Shown here piece after piece: positions 29,988-39,756 of a stretch of DNA of 64,000 nt. How positions within the stretch are numbered: position 1 is the first letter of the stretch; the number at the start of each line of letters is the position of its first letter. The translations under genes were made by a program, and so were the position numbers. The notes beneath the pieces are model-generated. The model did no database searches, was not told the origin of the DNA, and worked only from the letters and a program-made list of their open reading frames with translations. The stretch is from an uncultured Chthonomonadaceae bacterium (GTDB taxonomy: Bacteria > Armatimonadota > Chthonomonadetes > Chthonomonadales > Chthonomonadaceae): assembly GCA_963817895.1 (NCBI GenBank), contig CAWFQB010000002.1, positions 512,001-576,000 on the forward strand, written 5' to 3'.

Positions 29988-30854
29988 ATGCAAATCCAAC
30001 GGCGCTATGCCGCTGTCATTGCCGGTATCGGCTTTATGGCCTCCGTATCCGGTTTGCGCGTAAATGCCGCGCCGCCCCGGACTTCCAAAACTGAAAACAG
30101 CCTGCTCGGCGTTCACCTGATGAGTACCTATAAGGATGTCCTGAAGCGATTCGGACAGCCTGCCGAAATTCAGGTTGGAATGCCGCTGGCAGGCGAGGGC
30201 GAGAGTGGCGGCGCTGCCGGCGGTGGCGCGGGTGGTTTCCCCGGCAGTGGCGGTTTTCCAGGCAGTGGCGGTCCGGGCGTCAGCAGTTCAGGCGCGGGGG
30301 GCGGCATGGCGGGGCCTGTTGGCATGGGGGCCAAGGGGGGCGCGGGCCTGGGACCGTCCCTTCCCGGCTTCGGCGGGTCGGGAGGTTTCCCCGGCAGCGG
30401 CGGTCCGGGCGTCAGTGGCGGCGCGCCCGGCAGCGCGGGAGCCGGGGGCAGCGCAGGCGGCGCCGGCAACGGCGGCCTGCCGATTATTCCCGGCAGCGGC
30501 GGCGATTCCACCGGGCCGAGCGAAGAGACCGTCTGGTGGTACAAATTCCCACAGCAGGGGCGGTTTTACGCGTTCCTGTTCAACAAGCAGGGGCGCGTAA
30601 TCCAGATTCAGGCGCATGGTTTCCGGCCTCGTCCCAATACCCCGGTCGCCAAAAATATGCCGACACCGGTGACGGCGCAGGGCGTCACGCTCGGCATGCA
30701 GTTGGGCGCGGTGCTGAAAAACTATGGTTGGAGCAACGACGGGGAACATGTCGGCGATTACGTTGTGCTGCGCTACGGCGCGGGACAGGAGCGAGTCGCC
30801 TTCCAGAGCCTGCATAATGAGATTATCGGCATCACCGTTGGCATCGTCAAGTAG
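29988..30854 (+). CDS. Secreted protein with long Gly/Pro/Ser-rich insert
   Basis: RBS, signal peptide, GGFPGSGG repeats between ordered segments. Confidence 0.8.
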   Translation: MQIQRRYAAVIAGIGFMASVSGLRVNAAPPRTSKTENSLLGVHLMSTYKDVLKRFGQPAEIQVGMPLAGEGESGGAAGGGAGGFPGSGGFPGSGGPGVSSSGAGGGMAGPVGMGAKGGAGLGPSLPGFGGSGGFPGSGGPGVSGGAPGSAGAGGSAGGAGNGGLPIIPGSGGDSTGPSEETVWWYKFPQQGRFYAFLFNKQGRVIQIQAHGFRPRPNTPVAKNMPTPVTAQGVTLGMQLGAVLKNYGWSNDGEHVGDYVVLRYGAGQERVAFQSLHNEIIGITVGIVK

Positions 30855-30884
30855 GACACGCGAACCGCAGCGAAGGAGTGAAGG

Positions 30885-31827
30885 ATGCGTAAGGGAGTAG
30901 CCGGATTGTGTAGTCTGTGCATGGTGGGCAGTTTGCTGGCGTGGATTCCGGCTCCGCGCGCAAACGCCCGTGTCGGCGTGGTGGACAAACAATTGCTGGG
31001 CGTACGCCTGCTGCAAAGCTATAAGCAAGTGCTACAGCTGTATGGGCAGCCCACGCGAATATACCGCAATAACGAGACGGTGAATTTCATTCCGGCCACA
31101 GATGCGAATGGTCGGGAAACCGGCGGCGTCAAGGGCCTGGGAGATAGCGCGGATAGCGGCGGCGCAGGCGCAGGCGGCGGAAAAGGCGGCATGCCCGGCA
31201 GCATGGGTATGCCCGGCACCGGCGGCTTCCCTGGCGGGGGCGCTGTCCCCGGCAGGAGCAGTGGCCCTCAGGGCGGTGTCGGCGGGCCTGGGAGTGGTGG
31301 CGCTCCCGGCAGTTTTGGCGGCGGCAGTTCCCCTGATGGCGGCGGAGCGCTTGGGGGCGCGACGACTGCCAACGATAAGCCGGAGACTTTTGCCGAATTC
31401 GGGGGGGTTTATCTGGGTGTACTTCTATCCCGGGACTGAACTGGCCTATGAGTTTATATTCAACAACGATAATCGTTGTATTGCCATCTGGCAGCGCGGA
31501 CGTTATAAAGGACAGCCGAGTGAGCGCGGCATCCGACTGGGAGACGCAGCCAGCAAAGTTTACTCCACCTACGGCTGGCCCGACAGCGTGGAGCAGCAGT
31601 CTACCAACATGGCGCTGAACTATAACGTTCGGCACCACGCTCAAATCAGCCTGCTGAACGGCAAAGTGATTGGCATCGCCGTGTTTCTGCGCGAAGGCCA
31701 GCTTTTCCGCGTGGTCACTTCTGGTTCCGGCGGCGCAGGTGGCCCCGGCGCGGCTCCGGGCGGTTTCCCCGGCAGCGGCGGCGGCAGACGGGGCGGCGGA
31801 GCCAAAGGTTTCGGCGGCGCGGATTAG
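30885..31827 (+). CDS. Paralogous secreted Gly-rich protein (frameshift near 31400)
   Basis: LLGVRLLQSYKQVLQLYGQP and GIRLGD..YGWP parallel the upstream gene; break lies beside a G7 run. Confidence 0.78.
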
Positions 31828-31879
31828 GATGCAGACGAGAGTGAGACTTTTCGGATTTTCTGGCCTCGTCTAACAAAGC

Positions 31880-31937
31880 GCAGGCATCGTATTTTCCGTT
31901 TGCTTTCCAGCAACAGAAAACGCGATGCCTGCTTTTT
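31880..31937 (+). terminator. Probable intrinsic terminator
   Basis: GCAGGCATCG / CGATGCCTGC followed by TTTTT; long internal segment. Confidence 0.5.
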
Positions 31938-31966
31938 GCGTAAACCGTATTTACAGAGCGGAAGCG

Positions 31967-33061
31967 TCACAGTTCACCCGGCTTCAGCGCGCCCGTTTCC
32001 GTGCCATCCGGCTGTACGCGCAGGCTGCCCATGCGTATAATGCGGGCGGCTACCGGCGCGCGAACCGGCGTCAGAACGCCCAGACTGCGCCGCCGAAAAT
32101 CAATAGCTTCCAGCAGACCCAGGCCGAGCAATTTGCCGTTGCCCCCTTCCAGTCCCAACAGCAGGTGGCGCAATCGGGGCGCGACGGTCAGCCCGATGCT
32201 CTGGGCGCGAAATGTCTGCTGTATCAGGCCAAGTTGGGGCGCGTCCGGGGGAACCGCGTGGCTCACCATCAGGTTCAATTGCCGGTCCGAAGTTTCACCG
32301 TAATACACCCGCGTTCGCGGTTCCAGCGTCTGGTTGCAGTATTTCAGCAGGTGGGGCGCGACGGGAACGCCGCTCCCAAGCCACGCGCCGACAAAAGCGA
32401 TGTCGTCGAAACTGTAGGTGTACAGTTGGGCGTTCTGAAAATATGCCGCCCAGCGCATGGCGCGGCGCTGAGAACGAAACGCGGGCGGCTTTTTGCCGAT
32501 AACGCCTGGAATGGGCAGCGTATGAATACGAACGCCGTCGCGCCTGCGCATGGGCGCGAGAATACCCTCCAATTCGTTCTGTCGCTGCAAAGCCACGACA
32601 TGCGCGGGAGAGATCAGGTCGAACTCGGTCTGGTTCAATTTTCGCGCGCCCGAACCGAACAGAAAGCCGCTGGTATCCACAATCAGGGCATGGCCGCTTG
32701 CCATGTCCGCCAATCGCCGGACGGCGGCGGCATGTTCCAGCAGATGGCCGGGCGGCGAGGTGCTGCCGACAAACGCCAATGCCTGCGCGGTCAGGTCGGA
32801 CAACGCCAGAACAGGCCGGTCGGCAAAAGCAAGCCCCACACAGGCGGGCGGGCCGATTTCCGACTGGCCTAAATCCGCGTCCACAACCGCCACGCGCTGC
32901 CCGCCCGCCGTCCAGCGATTGAGCAGCAGGCGCGTAAACGTGGTTTTGCCCACGTCCATGCCGCCCAACAGCAGCACGGTATGAATCTGGCCGGACTGCG
33001 CAATCTCGGCCAGCGCAGCCTCCCATTCCGCGTATTCAGTATCCGGCGTCAGGTTTTCCAT
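31967..33061 (-). CDS. Clp1/Grc3-like polynucleotide 5'-kinase
   Basis: GGMDVGKTT, DADLGQSEIGPP, IVDTSG, SQRRAMRW clasp, LGLG. Confidence 0.85.
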   Translation of the reverse strand: MENLTPDTEYAEWEAALAEIAQSGQIHTVLLLGGMDVGKTTFTRLLLNRWTAGGQRVAVVDADLGQSEIGPPACVGLAFADRPVLALSDLTAQALAFVGSTSPPGHLLEHAAAVRRLADMASGHALIVDTSGFLFGSGARKLNQTEFDLISPAHVVALQRQNELEGILAPMRRRDGVRIHTLPIPGVIGKKPPAFRSQRRAMRWAAYFQNAQLYTYSFDDIAFVGAWLGSGVPVAPHLLKYCNQTLEPRTRVYYGETSDRQLNLMVSHAVPPDAPQLGLIQQTFRAQSIGLTVAPRLRHLLLGLEGGNGKLLGLGLLEAIDFRRRSLGVLTPVRAPVAARIIRMGSLRVQPDGTETGALKPGEL

Positions 33062-33082
33062 TGAAAATTCAACACAGCGTTC

Positions 33083-33151
33083 GTAGGGACACAACTTGTT
33101 GTGTCCGCGCTCCCGTTTACCCGAAGAGGACACAACAAGTTGTGTCCCTAC
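33083..33151. repeat. GTAG-type REP doublet (REPIN-like)
   Basis: GTAGGGACACAACTTGTTGTGTCC at 33083-33106 and its exact reverse complement at 33128-33151; each is internally palindromic. Confidence 0.85.
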
Positions 33152-33181
33152 AAGGTTGGTTTTGATTCTACCGTTTCCAGT

Positions 33182-33961
33182 TCAGTTGTGACTGCTTTTG
33201 GATTGATCCTGCTTCTGCTGAACCTGCTGCAAGATGGCGGCAACGTCTGCTGTGCCACTTAATGTAAGACTGCCGGGTTGGGAGCGGATGTTCGCTAACT
33301 GTACGGGAAACGGCAGCACGGACATATTCGCGCCGCCCTCGAACCGCTGTACCAGAAACCGCATGGGAGCGCCGGTCAAAGGAATTCCAATTACGACAAG
33401 GCGTTGCGGGTCTATTTCCAATTTTTGTTTGTCAATGCGGAGCGGACCGGACAGGGAAAAGGGGACGCCCACGCCAAGCGTGACGCGCTCGGCGGCAATG
33501 GTGACAAGATTGCCTGCCCCGAATGTAACGCGCGCCTTTCGGATGCGTTCGCCCTGTGGGGACTCGCCTGCCATGTACTGGTCTACGCTGCGTTCGGAAA
33601 CGGTTGCTTCAAACCGCGCCGATTTCACGTCGCGAACGCGCCTGCGCCCGGTATCATAGCGAACGCCCTCCAGTTCCAGATGCAGATGGTCGAGCAGCAG
33701 GCCGTTGCTCAGTTCCACATCATCGCCGTCAATCAGGACGCGGGACAGATTGCCGCCGATCACGCGCTCCTGCGCCCCCTCCACATGCGCCTGATACGCG
33801 CGGGCGGGACCAAGCAAATCCGGCAGGGCTTCCCGTATGCGGCGCTCGGCGGTACGGTTGATGGCCCGCCCGCACCCCGTTCCCAGGCAGGAAATCAGCA
33901 GGGCAACGCCTAAATAGTGCCACGAACGCGCAACGCCACTCCACATCAAACTATTTTTCAT
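33182..33961 (-). CDS. LmeA/DUF2993-like lipoprotein
   Basis: Lipobox GTGC; GNLSRVLIDG, C-terminal LPFPVQL...LTLSG. Confidence 0.7.
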   Translation of the reverse strand: MKNSLMWSGVARSWHYLGVALLISCLGTGCGRAINRTAERRIREALPDLLGPARAYQAHVEGAQERVIGGNLSRVLIDGDDVELSNGLLLDHLHLELEGVRYDTGRRRVRDVKSARFEATVSERSVDQYMAGESPQGERIRKARVTFGAGNLVTIAAERVTLGVGVPFSLSGPLRIDKQKLEIDPQRLVVIGIPLTGAPMRFLVQRFEGGANMSVLPFPVQLANIRSQPGSLTLSGTADVAAILQQVQQKQDQSKSSHN

Positions 33962-34011
33962 TGGCTTTTTCATAATGGTCAACGTTTTGGCAGGAAGGAC
34001 TCGTCTTCTCA

Positions 34012-34681
34012 ATGAGCGCAACTGTTTCTTCTCGCCTCGCCATTGCCGCGATTGTATCAGGGCAGGGGCGGGGAACCAATGTTCAGGCGCTGCTGGATGC
34101 CTGCGCCAATGGAGAAATTCCCGCCCGGATGGGCGTGGTCATCGCCACCCGAAGCGACGCCCCGGTGCTGGAACGGGCGCCGCGCCATGCAGGTTGCCAC
34201 CGCCGTTGTATCCCCGCGCAAGTATCAGGACGATGAAACGGGCTACGCCCACGCGCTGAACGGCATACTGGCGCGGCGCGACATCAAGCTTATCTGCCTT
34301 GCCGGGTACATGCGCCGCCTGCCTTCGGAAACCGTGACCGCGTATGCCGGTCGCATTATGAACGTACACCCCGCCCTGCTGCCGCTGTTCGGCGGCAGGG
34401 GCATGTACGGCGAACATGTCCATCAGGCCGCGCTGGAAAGCGGCATGAAGATCAGCGGCTGCACAATCCATTTCGTTGATGAACATTATGACACAGGGCC
34501 GATTATTCTGCAAACCGCCGTCCCCATCGAGGATGAGGACACGCCCCAAACGCTGGCCGCGCGAATTTTACCCTGCGAACACCGCGCCTATGTCCATGCC
34601 GTTCGCCTGTTTGCCGAAGGCCGACTTCACATCGAAGGGCGGCGCGTTTTCACGCGCAGGCAGACAGACGCGCCGGAATAG
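34012..34681 (+). CDS. purN: Phosphoribosylglycinamide formyltransferase (frameshift near 34180)
   Basis: SGQGRGTNVQAL; CLAGYMR, NVHPALLP.FGG.GMYG..VH, SGCTIHFV, YDTGPIILQ. Confidence 0.93.
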
Positions 34682-34822
34682 CGAACCGTTCGACGTATCA
34701 TTGATTGCTAATCAATAACAGCAGGGAACAATGGCCTCCTGCAACACGAATAACAATTGAACAAGAACGGGCTTCAGCTCGTCTCATGTTCATTGCGGCA
34801 AAATATGAAAGAGTTTTCCCAA

Positions 34823-35668
34823 ATGTCCCGTAACCCGTTTGCGCAAAAAAACGTCGCCACTCCGCCTGCGGATACATCCCTTCCGAAGGATACCGGCATT
34901 TCCAATCTATCTTCCAATCTTCATCCGTTACGGCTTGCTTTCGGGCGCATGCCGTCAAACCGTTTGTGGCTGCGCATCGGCGTCCTGCCCTGCGCGTTGC
35001 TGATCGGCGTGGGCGGCATGGCGAGTCATGCGCGTCAAGCGGCAGGCGAACGGGAAAACCTGCAAGCGCCCCTGCTGACCGGGCAGATCGCCTGCGTGGA
35101 CATGGATCGCCTGTATGCGGCAAGCGGAGGGCCGGAGCAACTGGCGCAGCGGGCGACGGAGATTGCGCAGGAAGTGAACGCGCGCTTGAAAGAGTTGAAG
35201 GCCGTACCCCTGCTGGATGAAAACGAATTGCAGGAGTACGGCGCGTTGCTATTCAAGGCCGTGAAAACGGATGCGGATCAAACCCGGATGAAAGCGTTGC
35301 GCGCGGCTTCCGATCAGCGGCAGGATGAACTCAACAAACTGCAAATCAAGCCGGATGCCACGCTGACGGCGGAAGATAAGGCGCGTATGAAACTGCTGCA
35401 AGAGCAGAGCCGCCTGCTGGCCTCCATCATGCCCTACTGGCAGGAGGATGCCCGCGCGCAGCAGAGTGAGCGTCTGGAAGCGTTTCGCCGGTCACAAATG
35501 GCGAAAATCCGTCAGATTGTGGGCAAAGCGGCCCTGGAACGGAATATCGCGCACGTATTCGATACCTCCGCGCTGGTGTATTCCGCCAACGATCTTACGG
35601 CTGTGGTTTTGTCCCGCGTCAGCAAACACGCGCCCAAAGACAGCAAAGACAAAGACTCGAAAGAGTGA
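34823..35668 (+). CDS. OmpH/Skp-like chaperone
   Basis: IACVDMDRL, coiled coil, VFD..ALVYSANDLT. Confidence 0.7.
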   Translation: MSRNPFAQKNVATPPADTSLPKDTGISNLSSNLHPLRLAFGRMPSNRLWLRIGVLPCALLIGVGGMASHARQAAGERENLQAPLLTGQIACVDMDRLYAASGGPEQLAQRATEIAQEVNARLKELKAVPLLDENELQEYGALLFKAVKTDADQTRMKALRAASDQRQDELNKLQIKPDATLTAEDKARMKLLQEQSRLLASIMPYWQEDARAQQSERLEAFRRSQMAKIRQIVGKAALERNIAHVFDTSALVYSANDLTAVVLSRVSKHAPKDSKDKDSKE

Positions 35669-35749
35669 CGGCGCAAGAGAATAAAACTCGAACTCATCAG
35701 CTGATAAACTGCTTCCCGAAGCGCATGGAAAAGGCAAGAGACTAAGCTT

Positions 35750-37036
35750 ATGACGGCAATATCTTCTGTTTCGCGTGACAGAACCTCCGACATTTTGCGA
35801 TCATGGCAAGCCGAGGCCATCAAACGCTGGAAGCACATAGACCCGGTTGTGCTTGCCGTCAACGGGCCGATATGGAAAGCCATGTCCGGCGTGTTAGCCC
35901 TGCTGAACGCGAGCGCGTATCCCTCTGCGGAACGAACCCTGCCTGCCTCGACGCGATCCGATTCTCTATCTCAAACCTCTTCCGGCTCTGACCACGTTTC
36001 CACTATACCGACAGATGTTGCCGCAAGCGTGTTCGACGCGCAAAGCGAACCGCTTGCCTCCTGCGCCGAGCAGTTGGCGCTGCTGCCTGTGTCGTGGGCG
36101 GACTTGCGTTCCATGCTGCGCACGCTTACCTTCCAGATGCGCTGCGCGGATGGGGGGTGTGACGGTCGGGAAGAGGAGAAGCGCGCGCTGTTTGTGGATG
36201 GCCTGATGGAAGCCCTTTCCGCCCGCGTCGCCGACATTGAGATCGTAAAATTGGAACAGCAGATAGCCTCGCATCAGGAGCAGACGCTTGCCACGCAGCA
36301 CCTTGCGGAACGCTTTCTGGGCAACGCCTCTCATGAATTGCGCACACCGCTGACGGCAATTATGGGATTCGCGGAACTGCTGCTGGAAGAGGTGTACGGC
36401 GAACTGACGCCCCAACAGGCGGAACGGGTCAGCAACATCGAGAATTCGGCGCAAAACCTCAACGAGATTATCAGCAACATGCTCGATCTGCTGCATATCC
36501 GGGCGGGCAAGTTGACGCTGCAATATCGCCCTGTAGATGTCACGGCCATGCTGCAGCATCTGTATGAGATTCTGATGCCCCTTGCCGGACGCAAAAACGT
36601 CAAATTCGATTTAGAAATAGCGGCGGAGTTGGGTACGGTGGAAATGGCCGAAAACATTGTCCGCCATGTCGTGTACCATCTGCTGTCAAGCGCGTTGCGC
36701 GCAACGCCCGCCGGGGGCGAGGTGACTCTCGCCGCAAGGCGCAATGCGCCCTGGCTGATTCTGGAAGCCCGCGACACGGCCCTGCACCTGCCGCCCGAAG
36801 CCGTTGACAACATGCTCAGTCCGTTCCCCCGCCTCGAAAACCTGCCGACGCGCGGCTATGAGGGTTGGGAAGTGGGCCTGCCGCTCGTGCGCCGCTACGT
36901 GGAACTGCACGGCGGCGAACTGCGCCTTGTGAGCCTGCCGGATAAAGGCACGGTTTTCACCGTCCTGTTGCCCCTCACGCGCCCACGAGAGGAAGAAAAG
37001 GAGAAAAGGAGAAAAGGAGAAAAGGAGAGGTATTAA
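35750..37036 (+). CDS. Histidine kinase-like protein with degenerate ATPase domain
   Basis: H box ASHELRTPL intact; N box HLLSSALRAT and G1 box DTALHL are degenerate. Confidence 0.85.
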   Translation: MTAISSVSRDRTSDILRSWQAEAIKRWKHIDPVVLAVNGPIWKAMSGVLALLNASAYPSAERTLPASTRSDSLSQTSSGSDHVSTIPTDVAASVFDAQSEPLASCAEQLALLPVSWADLRSMLRTLTFQMRCADGGCDGREEEKRALFVDGLMEALSARVADIEIVKLEQQIASHQEQTLATQHLAERFLGNASHELRTPLTAIMGFAELLLEEVYGELTPQQAERVSNIENSAQNLNEIISNMLDLLHIRAGKLTLQYRPVDVTAMLQHLYEILMPLAGRKNVKFDLEIAAELGTVEMAENIVRHVVYHLLSSALRATPAGGEVTLAARRNAPWLILEARDTALHLPPEAVDNMLSPFPRLENLPTRGYEGWEVGLPLVRRYVELHGGELRLVSLPDKGTVFTVLLPLTRPREEEKEKRRKGEKERY

Positions 37037-37129
37037 GCGCGCAAATCCACGAATAAAGAGTAACATGGGATGTACGCGATATGGTATAGTTTCGTAACTC
37101 TCCTTCTCTCCTTTTCTTTTACAGGGTGG

Positions 37130-38689
37130 TTAATCCAATCCCTGTTCGGCGAGTTCGATGGCGGTGACGAGGGCGCGGGCTTTGTTGACGCACTCCTGAT
37201 ACTCGTTGGCGGGCGTGGAGTCGGCGACCAGCCCGCCCCCCGCTTGCAAATACGCGGTTTGCCCGTCTACCAGCATGGTGCGAATGGTAATTGCCATATC
37301 CATGTCGCCCGAATAGCTGAAATAGCCCACCGAACCCGCATAAAAGCCCCGGCGCGTTGGTTCCTGCTCGTCAATGATTTGCATGGCCCGCACTTTCGGC
37401 GCGCCCGATACGGTTCCCGCCGGAAAACAGGCCCGCATCACATCGAAAGCGTCACTGCCCCCGCGCAAACGCCCCGTGACATTGGAAACAATGTGCATGA
37501 CGTGGGAGTAGCGCTCAATGTTCATCAGTTCGTCTACCTTCACGCTGCCGTACTCGCACACGCGCCCGATGTCGTTGCGTCCCAAATCCACCAGCATAAT
37601 ATGCTCGGCGCGTTCTTTGGCGTCGGCCAGCAGTTCCGTTTCCAGCGCGGTATCTTCGTCGAAGGTTTTACCGCGCGGGCGTGTTCCGGCAATGGGGCGC
37701 ACCCGCACCGTGTCTCGTTCCACCGTGACCAGAATTTCCGGCGACGTGCCGATGATTTTGCGCTTGCCCAAATCCAGATAATACATATAGGGCGACGGAT
37801 TTACCGAACGCAGGGCGCGGTACACGTCAAACGGCGGGGCCGTAAACTCCACCTGAAACCGCTGCGACAGCACCACCTGAAACGCATCCCCCGCCAGAAT
37901 ATACTCCCGGCAACGCTCGACGGCGGCTTCGTACTCCGCGCGGGGAAACAAAGCTAAGGATGAAGGATGAAGGATGAAGGATGAATCCGCTTCTTCTCGT
38001 ATCTCGTATCTCGTATCTTGTATCTCCTCTTCTCCTCTTCTCCTTTTCTCCTTTTCTCCTTTTCTCTCCCCTCGCAGTCGCTCCACCAATTGCTCAATTT
38101 TCGCGCAGGCTTCGTCGTAAGCGGCATCGGGGTCGCCGGTGACGTGGGCGTTGCACAGGACTTGCATGCGATGGCGGACATGATCGAAAATAAGAAGCGT
38201 ATCGGTAAAGAGAAAGCAGGCGTCGTCTACCTGAAGGTCATCGGGGTTGTTGTCGGGCAGGTCTTCAAAAAAGCGTACTACGTCGTAGCCAAAGAAACCA
38301 ACCGCGCCGCCGCAGAAGCGGGGCAGGTTGGGCGATTCGACGTACTGATAGCGGCTGAGAAGTTCCTGCAACAGCGTGAGCGGGTCCTGTCCGGGCAGAA
38401 TTTCAATCGTGTCCGCGTGACCATTCTCTTCAATCGTCGCGCTTCGGCCCTTGCTGCGAAACACAAGGGACGGGTTCGCGCCCAGAAACGAGTAGCGTCC
38501 CAACCGTTCGCCGCCCTCCACGCTTTCCAGCAGAAATGCATAGGCATTGTCGCTTTCGGGACGGTCGGCGGTCAGAGCTTCAAACGCGCTTACGGGTGTC
38601 AGACGGTCGGCCAGTATTTCACGGTACACGGGGATCAGGTTGCCCCGCAACGCGCGACTGCGAAACTCCTCACGGTCAGGAATAATCAT
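37130..38689 (-). CDS. trpE: Anthranilate synthase component I
   Basis: FLLESVEGGE..GRYSF, NPSPYMY, PIAGTRPRG, EHIMLVDLGRND, GTVSGAPKVRAM. Confidence 0.96.
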   Translation of the reverse strand: MIIPDREEFRSRALRGNLIPVYREILADRLTPVSAFEALTADRPESDNAYAFLLESVEGGERLGRYSFLGANPSLVFRSKGRSATIEENGHADTIEILPGQDPLTLLQELLSRYQYVESPNLPRFCGGAVGFFGYDVVRFFEDLPDNNPDDLQVDDACFLFTDTLLIFDHVRHRMQVLCNAHVTGDPDAAYDEACAKIEQLVERLRGERKGEKEKRRRGEEEIQDTRYEIREEADSSFILHPSSLALFPRAEYEAAVERCREYILAGDAFQVVLSQRFQVEFTAPPFDVYRALRSVNPSPYMYYLDLGKRKIIGTSPEILVTVERDTVRVRPIAGTRPRGKTFDEDTALETELLADAKERAEHIMLVDLGRNDIGRVCEYGSVKVDELMNIERYSHVMHIVSNVTGRLRGGSDAFDVMRACFPAGTVSGAPKVRAMQIIDEQEPTRRGFYAGSVGYFSYSGDMDMAITIRTMLVDGQTAYLQAGGGLVADSTPANEYQECVNKARALVTAIELAEQGLD

Positions 38690-38748
38690 AAAGCCTCGGT
38701 AAGTGAACAGGGTTTCAGGGTTCTAAGGTTTCAGGGAAAGAAGTTTCA

Positions 38749-39345
38749 TCAGGCGGATGGCAGTAACGCGCTCACCTGTATAGCGGTTTCAGGCCGGTCG
38801 GCAAGGGAAACGATTGCATCAGCATTATGCGTGGCGCTCTCCGCGTAGCCATCTGACGTGGGCCAACGGTAGACGTAAATCTGGCGTTTCGTAATGTCCA
38901 TCACCCAGTATTCGCGGATGCCGACGCGGGCATACAGCAACGCTTTGGTGGTCATATCGAACTGGCGCGTGGTATCCGATACTTCTACTACAATGAGCAA
39001 GTCTTCCGGGCCGGGATGCCGGTCCCGGTAGGCAGTTGTCGGTTCCAAAGTAACGGCAACATCGGGTTCTGGTTCCGTCGTTTCGCCCTCTTCACCGGGA
39101 ATGGCAATGGGGTCTTCAGTTTGCACATAAAAGTCGCCAAAAATGGCGATAAGCCAATGTAAGAGCAACTTTATCGTAATTCGATGCGGCGGATTCTGGC
39201 CCATTTTGGAAATAATCTCCCCGTCAATCAGTTCGTAGCGTCCAACAAGTTCGCCGCTTTCCACCAGTCGCTCGCATTGTTGGCGCGTCCAGCGTATGCG
39301 ATTGGGAAATATTTCGTTTTCGGGGGCAATCAGCGTACTTGTCAT
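38749..39345 (-). CDS. Uma2 family endonuclease
   Basis: YELIDGEI, EPEPDVAV, VVEVSDTT, YARVGIREYWV. Confidence 0.92.
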   Translation of the reverse strand: MTSTLIAPENEIFPNRIRWTRQQCERLVESGELVGRYELIDGEIISKMGQNPPHRITIKLLLHWLIAIFGDFYVQTEDPIAIPGEEGETTEPEPDVAVTLEPTTAYRDRHPGPEDLLIVVEVSDTTRQFDMTTKALLYARVGIREYWVMDITKRQIYVYRWPTSDGYAESATHNADAIVSLADRPETAIQVSALLPSA

Positions 39346-39756
39346 GTCGTTTGTTTCCTAATCAACAGCAGAGGCATCATTCCATATACTCTTTAAAGTC
39401 GTCCAGAGGCGCATCAAAGCGCAGATATGCGAACAGGAGAAGAGTTCTACGGAACGAGCGGGGTTTCCTGCAAGGTTTGAAACGATTCTACGCAGGGCAT
39501 GAGGAGGGGCAGAAGTGTTCAAATCGTGGGAAGAGGGAGAACCCAGAGGCCGGGGCAACGCAGTCGAACAGCGCGGATGTTGGCGCATATTCAGCAAGAC
39601 GGTATACGAAACGGTTCATGTCCATCACGCGGACGTGTGACGGAACGCCCTACAGCAACGAAATCCGTTTCGTTGACGCGGCGTTTTTTACAGGTGTCGG
39701 GTGATTGGCGGAAGGCAGGGTTTACGTTACCGGAGGCGTCGCGGCCCGGTGACGTG

